Source: Octopus sinensis
Lineage: Eukaryota
DNA: 64,000 nucleotides
Direction of reading: 5' to 3'
Assembly: GCF_006345805.1 (NCBI RefSeq)
Contig: NC_042997.1
Location: 133,734,001-133,798,000 of the forward strand
A program made the translations under genes and the position numbers. Numbering within the stretch: the first letter of the stretch is position 1; every line of letters begins with the position of its first letter. Below the pieces are notes generated by a model. The model did no database searches and had not been told where the DNA came from. It was given only the letters and a program-made list of their open reading frames with translations. Shown piece by piece: positions 39,564 through 53,010 of the stretch.

Positions 39564-40656
39564 AGGTAAAAACGGTAAAGTTACCTTTCTGTGTTATGCC
39601 GACTCATAAGAGCCGGTTTCCTGGTTACATGGCTTATATGTTTCCTACCTGAACGGGGCATTGGTTTGTCAGAGGATTTTTGCAGCTGAGCGGACTGAAG
39701 CAATGTGACATGAAGTGTTTTGTTCAAGAATAACGTGCGTTGCTTGGTCCAGGAATTGAAACCACAATCTTATGATCAGAAGTCTAACACCCTAACCACT
39801 AAACCATATTCTTCCACTGTACAGTAGGATGTGATAAGAGAGAAATGATGAAAAGCAAACTTTCCTAGGTGAGATTTGATCTCAGCATATAGAGTGTCAA
39901 ATAACAATACCACAAGGCAATCAACTTTTAAAAGAGTAATGTTTCTTTCTGAGTGGCTTCCATACAGCTTATGTTTACCAAATTCCTCTCAGAAGGCTTT
40001 GGCCAACCAAGGCTACAGTAAAAGGTGCTTGTCCTAAGTACAGGCAGAGCGATAACGGAAACCAAGCCTGGAACCACAAAGATGTGCAAACAATGTTTTC
40101 ACCTTTCAGCTATGTCTACACTCATTACTAGTCAAAAACAACAGGGTGTCAGACCAAATGCTTTGTGGTTTTTGTTTTTTTTTCCTGTTGACTTCACATG
40201 TAATGCATTCTTGGCAATAATGCTTGTTTAATTTCCTTCCATATCCTCCTTTCTCTTTTGCCATTTTCCTCATTTCCCTCTCTTTCTCTCTGTAATTTCA
40301 TAACTGAAGTCAATGGCCTCTTGGGAGGTATATAACTGAAGTGAACAGTCTTATGAGTGTAAAACAACGACAGAAAACAAATGAAAAGTTTCCTTCATTG
40401 CCAAGATATGGAGTATACCGAGCAAGCGAGAGGTGTCAAATGTCTAAAATGACCAAATTGTAACGTATCTCCTGTTTACATAGAAACCAGCCATGCATTA
40501 GACTAAATGATGTATTGCCTCTAAATCTACTTCTACCTCATAGGTCTCTCATTGCCTCCCACCTCATCATTATTATCTCTCTTGCTCTCTCTCACTCAAG
40601 TTAAAATCACAGTCAAGTTAAAATCTACAGTAAGGATTAGACCATGGCTAATATTT

Positions 40657-40890
40657 CCTTATTTCTTTACTACCCACAAGGGGCTAAACATAGAGGGGAC
40701 AAACAAGGACAGACAAAGGGATTAAGTCGATTACATTGACCCCAGTGCATAACTGGTACTTAATTTATTGACCCCAAAAGGATGAAAGGCAAAGTCGACC
40801 TCAGCGGAATTTGAACTCAGAACGTAACTGCAGACAAAATACCACTAAGCATTTCGCCCGGCATGCTAACGATTCCACCAACTCGCCACC
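40657..40890 (-). mobile_element. SINE family B
   Basis: TSD TGGCTAATATTTC. Confidence 0.92.
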
Positions 40891-41228
40891 TTGGCTAATA
40901 TTTCTTTCAAACTTAGCTTTTGTTACATTTATTCAAACCCTAAAGAATCCCCCTCAACACATGGCTGTGATGCTCTCCCACTACTCCTGCTCGTGAAAGA
41001 GATGCGCATACTGTCAGTCACTAAGGGACATGCTCAACTGGTTATGGTCAAGCAAATCATTGGTATTGAGCAGGATATTTGCTATAACGATATTTCTGCT
41101 TCAGCAGCTCCAGTGCTGAATCTGTCTGAAATGTAATGGAAGCTAGGTCAGTTTGAAGAAAAATAGTAGTCATTTCCTTTGATTTCTAGGTAGAAGCAAA
41201 TAAGGAATAACACTTAATAGACAGAAGG

Positions 41229-41313
41229 TAAAAGAATGGTAAGTTTGACCAAGGCTCTGAACTTAGAGCCTCAGAGCCGTTGGTCAAACTTACCAAAACT
41301 TACCATTCTTTTA
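41229..41313. other. Near-perfect inverted repeat (candidate pre-miRNA-like hairpin)
   Basis: 32-nt arm matched by reverse complement with a 1-nt bulge and a 10-nt duplication; 10-nt loop. Confidence 0.85.
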
Positions 41314-43789
41314 TAAATTCAAGACTCCTTCAACATTGACCTAGATTTTCTGTCACCACAGAAACAGACTAATCTTTGTCTGTGGCACCCTTATTCCCCC
41401 ACTTCTTTCCTCCCATTGTCCTTTACTTGGCCTTACCTCCCTATATTCATTACTACTACTAAACTTCTGTCTGCAACAATTAGATGTGAACTGAACCAGT
41501 GTAAACAACACCTTCCCTCATGCTTCCTGGAATTTATATCACCTTTATGGTTGGATTTACCTTTTCTGAGAATTTAATAATCTTTTAAAAGAATTTTCTT
41601 TAAACTGTGCATTGCTGGAAGACATATAAAGTCTGCTTATTACCTTACTTCAAAGTCATGGAACTCTCTCTGAATGCTTCATAAGGATATTTACACTTTC
41701 TAGGATGGTTGGAAAACATATATGTGATTTGGCTGATGAATACTGGACATTATATTTGCTGTAATATTTGCAGCTTCAAATAAAAATGTTCTCAGTATGA
41801 AATAATTGTACCGAATTACTGATCCATTGTTGTTACTTTTTTCTTGGCTATATATATATACATATATACGAACGGCTTCTTTCAGTTTCCGTCTACCAAA
41901 TCCTTTGGTCGGCCTGAGGCTATAGTAGAAGATACTTGCCCAAGATGCCACGCAGTGGGACTGAACCCAGAACAATGTGGTTAGTAAGCCAGCTACTTAC
42001 CACACAGTCACTCCTGTGCCTTATATACAATGTGCTACTTTCACTTATAGACAATGTTCTACTTTCACTTTCTGTCTACCAAATCCACTCAGAAAGCCTT
42101 GATTGACTTGAGACTGTATTAGAAGACATTTGAGGCAGCACTCTCTAAGACTGAACGTGGACCATGTGGTTGGGAAGCAAACTTCTTACCTGAGAGCCAC
42201 ATCTGCACTATTATAGCCATGCAAGGGCCTATCACAGCTACACCTCTGCCTACTCTCTCTCACGCACACACACATGCATGTGACCCCGTGTGCGGCTGTG
42301 TTCGGAGCCTCATGGCTAGTGGGTCCACTCTCATTGGAATGAATGTTGTCGGCTGACATTCTCTAGTATAGCTGTGGTTATCAATCAATCAATACTTTGT
42401 GAGAGAAATTAGTAGACATAAACTGGAAAAAGCCTGCATACAAGTTTGTAAAACCATAGAAAATCTGCCACAACAGAATCCATCTGGTTCATGCAAGCAT
42501 GGAAAAGTAGGCGTTCAAATAATGACAATGACACACACACACACACACCTTTATACAAGTTGTCAGTATACTTTAGTATTTATTGCTATCTTTTATAGAG
42601 CCATGTATGCGTGTTTCGTGTTTCGTGACAAGATATATATATGTCAAATCTGGGGTGAATATCTTATGCAAGTTAACAAACATTTAAAGTGTCTCTTTCT
42701 TTTGTGTAATGTATGTTTGTATGTATGTCCATTGAATACGTGCAGCAAAACAACAATGGTATGAATGGGAGCCACAGTAAAATTAGCAACAGTTGTGGCC
42801 TTGTGGATATGTACTTTACTGTTGGAGTGCGCAAGCTCACGCTTGTTTGCTGTGTGTGTTCAAGGGTGTGAGATCAACAATGATGATGATGATATATATG
42901 TATGTGTGTAGGAGGTGAATGATAACATGATATATATATATATGTAATATATGAAATAGAAATAATTGAAATATTTGAGTCTTATGTTTAAAAAAAGAAA
43001 CTTGTTTTATTTATACATTTGTATAAAAGTTTAGTGCATATTTAACCCATTATTATTTTTACAAGACATAATGTGATGAGGGTGTAAATGTGTTGGGAAA
43101 ATAAATGGTTAAAAATGTATATTCTTTTACTCTTTTACTTGTTTCAGTCATTTGACTGCAGCCATGCTGGAGCACCGCCTTTAGTCGAGCAAATCGACTC
43201 CGGGACTTATTCTTTGTAAATGGTTTTGTGAATAAATTTTAGTGTATATTTTAAAACCAAAGGAGTTTTGCAGGTAAAGGTAAATCTTGTTCTACTAACT
43301 GGTTTTGCTAACCTCAGCTTTGCACAGTTTGAAGTATGTTCTTCAAAATGAATCTGGAGAAATAACTCAGAGTGGCCAGTGGCATGCATATGAACAACAT
43401 AGACATATACTGGTATATCAGATACTATACTGTATCAAAAAATACTATACAGATATATCAAATACTATAGAAGTTCTTGATTTGTTGAAATTATCTCTTC
43501 CTCTTAAGTATGCATCATAATTTCCAAATGGCATTTAGGACAAGCTCTGTATGAGAAGTGGGGGGGGGGAGATAATTTCAGGTTTCACGATCTTGACACC
43601 CCATTAAAGAAAAGGACAGGCTTATTGTTTGGAGATATGAGGGCAGTCTTGGACATAGTTCCTGCCTTAGTAGGTGTCATCAGCATGACAACTGTACAGC
43701 ATTATCTGCATTTATGGCTCAGGTAATTTGTATAACTTAAACAAATATGAGCCAAGAGAAATAATTTAGATTGATCAGTGGGATGTATT

Positions 43790-44146
43790 TACTCTTTTAC
43801 TTGTTTCGGTCATTTGACTGTGGCCATACTGGAGCACCACCTTTAGTCGAGCAAATCGACCCCAGGACTTATTCTTTGTAAGCCTAGTACTTATTCTATC
43901 ACTCTTTTGCTGAACTGCTAAGTTACGGGGACGGAAACATACACATACACACACACACACACACATATATATACATATATACGACGGGCTTCTTTCAGTT
44001 TCTGTCTACCAAATCTGCTCACAAGGCTTTAGTTGGCCTGGGGCTATAGTAGAAGATACTTGCCCAAGGTGCCATCCAGTGGGACTGAACCCCGAATCAT
44101 GTGGTTTGTAAGCAAGCTACTTATCACACAGTCATTCCTACGCCTA
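43790..44146 (-). mobile_element. SINE family A
   Basis: Full-length similarity. Confidence 0.92.
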
Positions 44147-44419
44147 TATTTGAACAACAAAAACAGATACAGGCATATCAAATATGATAGAACATAAATT
44201 CTTTATTTATCTCCAGCTCTAGATGTGTCACAGTTACTAAATGGCATGTCAGCATAGGAGAAGTCTTGATTCTTCAGATTATTTAACCTTCTCATATGGA
44301 GTTGGTCTTCATTGCTATTTGGTCATTATGACATATCGTCTTGAAGTAGAGATCATTAAAATATACTGAGAATTAATGCTGCATGTTATTTGATAGACCA
44401 GTTTACACACACACACGTA

Positions 44420-44640
44420 TGTAAAGGATCTTTGTCTTGCAAGATGCTTGGTGACCCTGTCAGTGCTGGTGCCATGTAAAACAAGCATCCAGCCCACACT
44501 GTAAAATGGTTGGCATTTGGAAGGGCATCCAGCTGTAAAAACCATGTTAAAACAGACTGTAAAGCATGGTGCTGCTCCTGCCAAACCGCCCAACCCATGC
44601 CATCATGGAAAGTGGACATTAAATGATGAAGATGATGATA
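44420..44640 (+). mobile_element. SINE family D, degraded
   Basis: GGAAGGGCATCCAGCTGTAAAA and (GAT)n tail. Confidence 0.75.
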
Positions 44641-44741
44641 TACATACACACATGTGTGTCTGTAAATATATTTATAATATAAATCTTGTTCTTTATGTGT
44701 ATTTGTGTAAAAGATTATAATGGCTGTAGTTTTCAACTGAT

Positions 44742-45157
44742 TTTCTCCAAAACAAAATTAGACAATACAATGCTGCACTACTGATGACATCATTTGGAGC
44801 CACAAGAGATTTAACTGAGCCTGGATCCATGCAAACTTTCAAGATCCAAGGTCAGATTTATCATCGGATTGGATCTCTACTACCTCTGTCAAATGATTCC
44901 ACAAAATTGTCGTTTCATTGTTTATAATCTGTACCTGTTGTTTGGTTACGAAATAAGCCACACAAAATGTGTTTTTTAATTATGTGTATGAGTTGAAAAC
45001 TTTCTTTTAACATTTCACTTAACATCCATGTTCCATGCTGGCATGGATTGGAGAGTTATTAATGTAGAAAGTTGGTATCTCGGCTACTAGCAGTTGAGAC
45101 GGCATTTTAAAATTTCATTATTCTCTTTAACCCGGGCAATGCTGGGTATTTCTGCTA

Positions 45158-45158
<1 letters not shown>
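44742..45158 (+). mobile_element. Deleted Helitron retaining a RepHel coding fragment (44742-44909)
   Basis: FLQNKIRQYNAALLMTSFGA..TFKIQGQIYHRIGSLLP; 3' hairpin CCCGGGCAATGCTGGG + CTAG|T. Confidence 0.92.
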
Positions 45159-45227
<69 letters not shown>

Positions 45228-45346
45228 TGATTTGCCTAATAATGGTTTTATCTCTAATTTAATATAATATAATACTTTACTATAAAATTGGATTTAATCC
45301 TAAATCTGATTTTTCCCTGTAAGTTTGGATTTATTCCCTAATATTT

Positions 45347-45396
<50 letters not shown>

Positions 45397-45891
45397 GAGA
45401 AATAAACTCTATTAAGTAATTCAATTACATATAAGCTCAGCATAAAGTGTATATGATCTAAATAAAAGCACTTGCACACTAACACAACACATAACATACT
45501 TACATAGCCATGAATAAAGTACACATACAAGCCCCCCCACACACACACATGCACATGCACACATTCACACACACATCCATACTAGAACATCTAACTAGTC
45601 TCTTGTTTGCTTCCTGCCATGACCCATCCAACACATGATAGCTACGCTTACCACAGAGTCTATCAATGCTACCACATGCTATTTACCTGTCCTGACTTAT
45701 TCATTCAGCTGGATTTATAAGACAACAGTATAAACTACCTTGCTACTACTGAAATCTTATTCTCATGAGAAACAACAGGGATTATATATTGTGGCTCTTT
45801 GTCTGATTGTTGGTTTTCTCCCAAGTGTTTTCCTGTGTGTATTTGTTTGCATGTGTATTTATATATTTCTGTATGTGTACAATGTATGTAT

Positions 45892-46298
45892 AGGTGCAGG
45901 AGTGGGTGTGTGGTAAGTAGCTTGCTTACCAACCACATGGTTCTGGATTCAGTCCCACTGCTTGGCACCTTGGACAAGTGTCTTCTACTACAGCCTCGGG
46001 CCAACCAAAGCCTTGTGAGTGGATATGGTAGACGGAAACTGAAAAGAAGCCCGTCATATATATATATATATATATATATTTGTGTGTGTGCATGTGTCTG
46101 TGTTTGTCTCCCCAACATCGCTTGACAACCGATGCTGGTGTGTTTACGTCCCTGTAACTTAATAGTTTGGCAAAAGAGACTGATAGAATAAGTACTAGAC
46201 TTACAAAGAGTAAGTCCTGGGGGTCGATTTGCTCGACTAAAGGTGGTGCTCCAGCATGGCTGCAGTCAAATGACTCAAACAAATAAAAGAATAAAAGA
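45892..46298 (+). mobile_element. SINE family A
   Basis: Full-length similarity. Confidence 0.92.
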
Positions 46299-46597
46299 AT
46301 ATATATATATATACATATATGTGTGTTTGTATATGTGTGTCTACACATCACATGGGGATGTTAAACAGGGCAAGATATATTAAGCCTGCCAACCCATGAG
46401 AGGTAAAATTGGTTTTAGTGTGTTTGTAGGTGTTAACACACACATACAAATGCACACAAATGTGTGTGTATATATGTATATATAAAGTATTTTTGTTTCA
46501 CACACACACGCACGCGATCTGATTGCTTGCTCCTTGTTTTTGTTCTTCATTCTCATCACTTTATGTTCAACATCTCTGGGCCAACTTCTATTTTTAG

Positions 46598-46683
46598 CAA
46601 GGTTTACGAGAATCTATCTCATAAGAAATTGGCTGAAGAAATGAGCAGTCAAAAGAAACATCTTCGTATCCCCAAAGAATACT
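46598..46683 (+). CDS. Candidate coding exon (KVYENLSHKKLAEEMSSQKKHLRIPKEY)
   Basis: TTCTATTTTTAG acceptor, CT|GTAAAT donor, purine-rich open frame in unique DNA. Confidence 0.2.
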
Positions 46684-46848
46684 GTAAATTAAAAATTTTC
46701 TGTGCCTGTCAATATTCAGGAATCATTCTTTTCGTCTCTCTATTTCACAGACATTGGTCATAGCTCCAACTAATATCTAATTAATCATAGAGCACTTCCA
46801 GTGAATAGATGCTTAAATTAGACTAATTTAGACGTGTCTAGTGAGGTT

Positions 46849-46883
<35 letters not shown>

Positions 46884-47045
46884 TTGGTATGTTCATATAC
46901 ATTCATACACACATACATATTATATGTGAATAGGAAACAAATGACTTGTGTTGTGATGCATTCTGATTTGGCTATCTTAAGGGATAAAGTCACAAAAGTA
47001 CTCCATGAGGATTTAACAATAAATTAGAAAGCTGAGTAGTTCGTC

Positions 47046-47127
47046 TATAAGTCATTGAAGATGAACAGAAGGGAAAGAGTGGGCGACTAAGCTGAACCAT
47101 GGGGCATGTTACAGTTGACAGTAACTG
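47046..47127 (-). pseudogene. LINE RT remnant
   Basis: MPHGSA*SPTLSLLFIFNDL resembles the GVPQGS.LSP.LF...INDL RT motif. Confidence 0.65.
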
Positions 47128-48071
47128 CGAAGGAAAGAAACTTGAAACTTTTTTCTTTATCATTCTGGTAATTCAAGAATGATAAAATGCTTCTCCAAAT
47201 ATCTTTTTACAGATTATATGTAACAGAAAATACTGTCATATATATTTTGTTGTATTTTTGGGAAGGTCATTATGTCAATAAAAAACACATACACTGGTAT
47301 TATTTCACAATTGGTTAACCATTTAACCAATTGACTAATAAATTGTTAGATTAATTGTTTAGTTGATCTATCAACCAGCTAAGTTTGTCCAAGTCAGTTT
47401 GTTGTTGTTTATGATCTCATCAATGATGTACCCACTCTATTCCATATCCACTTCAGGTCTGTCTGCCTCAGGCCAGCTAGGCATGGCTGGAACGCTTCTG
47501 ATCATAGTTCTGCTTGATCGGTGTTGACCTGTGGCTACAACTTCACACGTGGGTGTTTGTGTGCATGTGTGTTAACTGTATCTTTAACCCGACATTACCC
47601 ATTGCAATTGTCTGAGTGAGATACCAGTAAAATCATCATTTAACATCCGTTTTCCATGCTGGCATGGGATGGGTTGGACTATTCAGTTTGACAGGAGCCA
47701 GCTGGTTGGAGGGCTACACAAGGCTCCAGTTGTCTGTTTTAGCATGGTTTATACTGTTCAGTACCCTTCTTAATGCCAACTATTTTGCAATGTGTACTGG
47801 GTGCTTTTTACATGGCAGTAACACAGGTACTTTGTATGTGGCACCAGCATGGGTGCTGTTCACATGTAACTGGCATGGGTGCTTTTAAGTTTTTATTAAA
47901 CCTTTCTATAATTATACTCAGAAAATAGAACTTTCATATTGTCTCCATTGTGAAGACTCCCACTTTGTCAGTTACGTTGTCCTTTTATCCAGAAATTCAT
48001 ATCTCCCATGCAGACCTAACTCGTCCTTCCATGTTGCTGACTATTACATCTGTACCTCCAAGGAGATCATT

Positions 48072-48375
48072 TGTGGACACACATGGCCTAGTGCTTAGAG
48101 TAGCGGACTCACAGTCGAGGGATCGTGGGTTCGAATCTCAGACCGGGCGATGTGTGTGTTTATGAGCGAAACACCTAAGCTCATGCGGCTCCGGCAGAAG
48201 GTAATGGCAAACTTCTGCTGACTCTTTCGCCACATCTTTCTCTCACCCTTTCCTCCTGCATCTTGCAGCTCACCTGCAACGGACCGGCGTCCCGTCCAGG
48301 TGGGGAACCTATACTCCAAGGAAACCGGGAAACCAGCCGTTATGAGCCAGGCATGGCTCGAGAAGGAATAAACAA
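48072..48375 (+). mobile_element. SINE family C
   Basis: tRNA head TGGCCTAGTGCTTAGAG..GGTTCGAATC. Confidence 0.88.
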
Positions 48376-48377
48376 AG

Positions 48378-48620
48378 AGATCGTTTATGGCATAAAATGC
48401 AACCCTCTGCTGCTTAGGTTTATACTGGAGAAACTGGTCAGCAAATGGTAAATAGTTTCTGAGAACCTGTAGCCTATCACTCCAATTCTCTTGTTGACAT
48501 CGACTTGTCTCTTCGCTATCTATCAGATTTTCTACAGCATGAATCTCCCATTTCCTGCTTACACTGTGAACAACCATTTTCCAGCTAAATACGAACAACC
48601 AGTCCAACTGGGATGAATAA
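48378..48620 (+). pseudogene. Penelope-like GIY-YIG endonuclease remnant
   Basis: IVYGIKC..(frameshift)..YTGETGQQMVNSF. Confidence 0.7.
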
Positions 48621-49955
48621 TAGTATTGCCTCCTGTTCTCATACTCTCTCTCTTTCTCTCATGCATACACACAGACATACAGAGTGTACTCATCAATCAT
48701 ATGCATATATTACCATTCCTTATTCACAGTCTCATACAACGACCCACCACACCTACCTCTGTGCCCCAAGACACACACACACACACAAACAAATTGCTCC
48801 TTGCTCACGTGATCTCATCCCTCACACACATGCAACATTTCCTTACACACACCACGCACACACAAACTTCCATGATTTCACACTTCCATAAACTTATCTT
48901 TACCAATCTATGCTTATCCCACTTATCTCTCTCCATTGTCATTCTTTTGGCAACAGCTCTACAGACTTCCATTTTTTTACATTCACCATTCTGCTTTCCC
49001 CATTATTTGCTTTACTGTGTTTGATATAGGACCACTGTGTCAAAATGTTGAATCCTCCCCTGTTCCTTCTCCCCTGTGTAATCATGTACTTAGTCATTTT
49101 TTTTCTTTTTCTCAAGACTTTGGGTATTATTCCATTACTACATTGATGCTGACCACTTGGGTTGCTACTAGATTTATATCATCTATCATTCTCCCCACCG
49201 CCCACTCTCTATCTACACACATGCACACACACGTAAATACTTGTTTATACACATATAGTGTGTATGAGTACACCCATATGTATGTGTGTGATTGTATGCA
49301 TATGATGATATGTAGGTACAGCTATGAATATTTATATTTCTGTATATTACATATGTTCCTCTACTATATATAACATCACTGGACATTTCAGCTGAAAAGC
49401 ATCCAAGAGTTGATTTACTGGTTCACTGCGGTATTGACAGTGAAAGAGAGCGGATGGGTTTGTGAACTTGGCTTTTGAAAGCATGGACTCCTTCAGCTTT
49501 GCTGGTCTTGATTACTGCAGTTTTTTTTTCTTTTTTTTTTTTTTTAGAAATTTGTTCCATATGCTGTTAGCTTGGTGCAAAGAGTGGCTTATTAATTTGT
49601 GACTGTTGGCATTAGGCATTGTGAGGGCATGTACATGTATGTATTGAAGACATATCCAGCCATTGACAGTATACAAAGCATCATCATCATCACCATCATT
49701 ATTTAACATCAATTTTCCATGCTGGCATGGGTTGGACAGTTTGACGGGATCCAATGAGTTGCAGGAATGTGTTGTGCTCCAGTGTCACTTAGCTACCTAC
49801 GGTTTCTATGGCTGGTAGTCCTTCCTAAAAACAGCCACTTTACAGTCTGTGGTGGGTGGGTTTTTTCACGACATCAGCACCAGTGATCTCATCAGATAAG
49901 ATAAAAAAAAAAGGACAAGAAAGGGAAAAGCCCTTTTCACCGAATTGGAGGGTGT

Positions 49956-50319
49956 TTAACCCTTTAGCATTCAGATTACTCTTGTCAAGTGCAATGCTTA
50001 TTTATTACCTCCACCCTAGCAAAGGTGGAGATATTATTTTCAGCCGTGTTGGTTTGTTTGTTTTTCTGTCCGTGGACAAGATATCTCAAGAACTGCTGGA
50101 TGGATTCGGATGAAACTTTCAGGGTTGTTTGGTCTCGTGACTGGCACAAACTGATTAGATTTGGGGATTGAGTGCTCTTGTTCATTATTGTTTTGAATTA
50201 ATCATACATTATCTTGTAGCTTTGAGACTTTTGATGGCGTGTTTGATTTGTTTTTGGAATGACATTGTAAGGTAGGTGTAAGAGGCTGGATATGGTCGGT
50301 TTAAACTCTAAAATGTTAA
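49956..50319. mobile_element. TTAA MITE with nested HINE/Helentron-like fragment (50001-50170)
   Basis: TTAACCCTTTAGCATT start; insert begins TTATTACCTCC..AAGGTGGAGATATTATTTTC and has GATGAAACTTTCAGG. Confidence 0.7.
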
Positions 50320-50530
50320 GACAAAGGAAGGTGGATTTGTGCCAGGTGCTGAAGGTTAAATTATAATAGAGGGACAAGCACAGGTGTCATACTGTAGAGG
50401 AGATACATCATTCCTCTGCATTATCTGATGGTGGATGAGGGTAGATGGAAAAAAATAAAGATGTTGATGACAGGGTGCCAGATCATGCTTTCAAGGTATA
50501 AAGCTGGTAAATATAAGGGAGAATACAGAC

Positions 50531-51180
50531 CAGTGGTTCTCAACTGGGGTTCATATGACCCTTGAAGGGCCATATAAGATTTTGTTGTTAAAATTTATGT
50601 GCAATAAATTGGTTATACTTCTAAAATGCACGAAATATTTTAACAATTTTTTAATATAGTTTTTTAATATAAATATAAAAATATAATAGGAGTGGCTGTG
50701 TGGTAAGTAGCTTGCTAACCAACCACATGGTTCTGGGTTCAATCCCACTGCGTGGCATCTTGGGCAAGTGTCTTCTGCTATAGCCCCGGGCCGACCAATG
50801 CCTTGTGAGTGGATTTGGTAGACGGAAACTGAAAGAAGCCTGTCGTATATATATATATATATATATATATAAATGTATGTGTGTGTGTGTGTTTGTGTGT
50901 CTGTGTTTGTCCCCTAGCATTGCTTGACAACCGATGCTGGTATGTGTTTACGTCCCCGTCACATAGCGGTTCGGCAAAAGAGACCGATATAATAAGTACT
51001 GGGCTTACAAAAAATAAGTCTCGGGGTCGATTTGCTCGACTAAAGGCGGTGCTCCAGCATGGCCGCAGTCAAATGACTGAAACAAGTAAAAGAGTAAAAG
51101 AGTAAAGAGTATATCCAGTAGAGTAAAACTGGAATCAAAAGTGGGGTCTGTTAGCAACAAAAAAATGGTTGAGAACCAGT
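50531..51180. mobile_element. hAT-like MITE with nested SINE-A (50688-51110, +)
   Basis: CAGTGGTTCTCAAC ... GGTTGAGAACCA termini. Confidence 0.8.
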
Positions 51181-52204
51181 CGAAAAGGGATTTCATAAAA
51201 GTTTGAAAGGTGCATGACAGATAGAGACAAGGTTGTGGATGTAAGATGATAATGACAAGGAAGACGGAGGAGGAGGGGGAGCAAGAAGTAGAACAACCAC
51301 CACCACCACCACCACCACAACAACAACAACATCTGTAGTAAGGGCTTCTCTGTTTTGGTCTTCCAGATTTCAACCACCCGTCTTTGGTCAACCTGAGGCT
51401 GAGATAGAACACACTACCCCTAATTAGCTGTGTAAGTGGCATTGAACTCGGTACCATTTGGTTGCAAAACCCACTTCTTAACCACAGATCAACTTCTGCA
51501 AACAGTACAGGAGTGGTGTGTTCTGTGATTCTCCATCATTAATGGCTGCTGATGCTGTCCCTTGTAAAAGTCATTTTTTTTTCTTTTTTCATTTTGAGAT
51601 TCTGCTTAACTCTTCTTCTTTTCATTTGCTTGGCTTGTGCAAACTTTCTCCGGTTCTCTTGAGTATTGCTCTTCCTTAATTGATGGAAGAGATGGTGCTT
51701 CCATTTACGAACTCATTTGCATCTGTCATACACACGCACATCTACATACACCCACACACCTACATTCACACAAACACACACATGCACACATTCATGCACC
51801 CCCATACACCGAAATGTAATGTAAAATCAATCTTTGACAGCTTTGACGACTGACTATTGCACATTTTCGTTTAACTGTATTGCTTGCATTATGAATTACA
51901 GTGCTAGTGGCTTAGTACTCCACAAACATTTGTGTCTCTAGAATAATTTCATAGAATCTCGGTAGAACGACCAATAGGCACAGGAGTGGCTGTGTGGTAA
52001 GTAGCTTGCTTACCAACCACATGGTTCCAGGTTCAGTCCCACTGCGTAGCACTTTAGACAAGTGTCTTCTATAGCCTCGGGCCGACCAAATCCTTGTGAG
52101 TGGATTTGGTAGATGGAAACTGAAACTTTATATAACATTTTACCAATTGATCATTTTTAACCACTTGGTCCATTTACATCTCCACTTGTATGTATAAAAT
52201 TCAA

Positions 52205-52543
52205 ATGGAAATTGTAGTTAAGATACCCGTGCCAGTGACACGTAAAAAGCACCGTCCAAACGTGGTAGATGCCAGCGCTGCTTGACTGGCGGCCGTGTTG
52301 GTGATGCGTAAAAGCACCAACCGATTGTGGGCATTTGCCAGCCTCCCCTGGCCTATGTGCCGGTGGCACGTAAAAAGCACCCACTACACTCACAGAGTGG
52401 TTGGTGTTAGGAAGGGCATCCAGCTGTAGAAAGACTGCCAGATCAGGCTGGAGCCTGGTGCAGCCTTCAGGCCTCCAAGACCCCGGTCGAACAATCCAAC
52501 CCATGCTGGCATGGAAAACGGACATTAAATGATGATGATGATG
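52205..52543 (+). mobile_element. SINE family D
   Basis: Three modules plus tail. Confidence 0.9.
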
Positions 52544-52679
52544 TATTGACATGTGCACTAACTCACAAACACCCGCAAATATATATATATATACACACGC
52601 ACACATTTCTATATCTATCTGCATGTGTGTGTGATTGTATACAGTTCTACATTTATTAATGTATGTAGATTGACATAAT

Positions 52680-52734
<55 letters not shown>

Positions 52735-52787
52735 GTGTGCTAGTTAGAGATTTAGAAATGTCATGGTGATGATGATGAATTTATATA

Positions 52788-52789
<2 letters not shown>

Positions 52790-52853
<64 letters not shown>

Positions 52854-52874
52854 GTGTATGTGTGTAAACATTTG

Positions 52875-52905
<31 letters not shown>

Positions 52906-52945
52906 TATATATATATATATATACGTGTATGTGTGTAAACATTTG

Positions 52946-52977
<32 letters not shown>

Positions 52978-53010
52978 CGTGTATGTGTGTAAACATTTGT
53001 GCATACACAA
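52790..53010. repeat. Compound minisatellite, 3 x TACGTGTATGTGTGTAAACATTTGT within (TA)n
   Basis: Visible. Confidence 0.9.

Noticed and set aside
47308-47333. 11-bp perfect inverted repeat CAATTGGTTAA/TTAACCAATTG
   Set aside because: Short and AT-rich, with no supporting context
48072-48150. tRNA gene (also 9350-9425, 38319-38380)
   Set aside because: SINE heads continuing into SINE bodies; no complete cloverleaf or terminator
48095-48607. 170-aa minus-strand ORF
   Set aside because: Antisense to the Penelope remnant plus SINE-C
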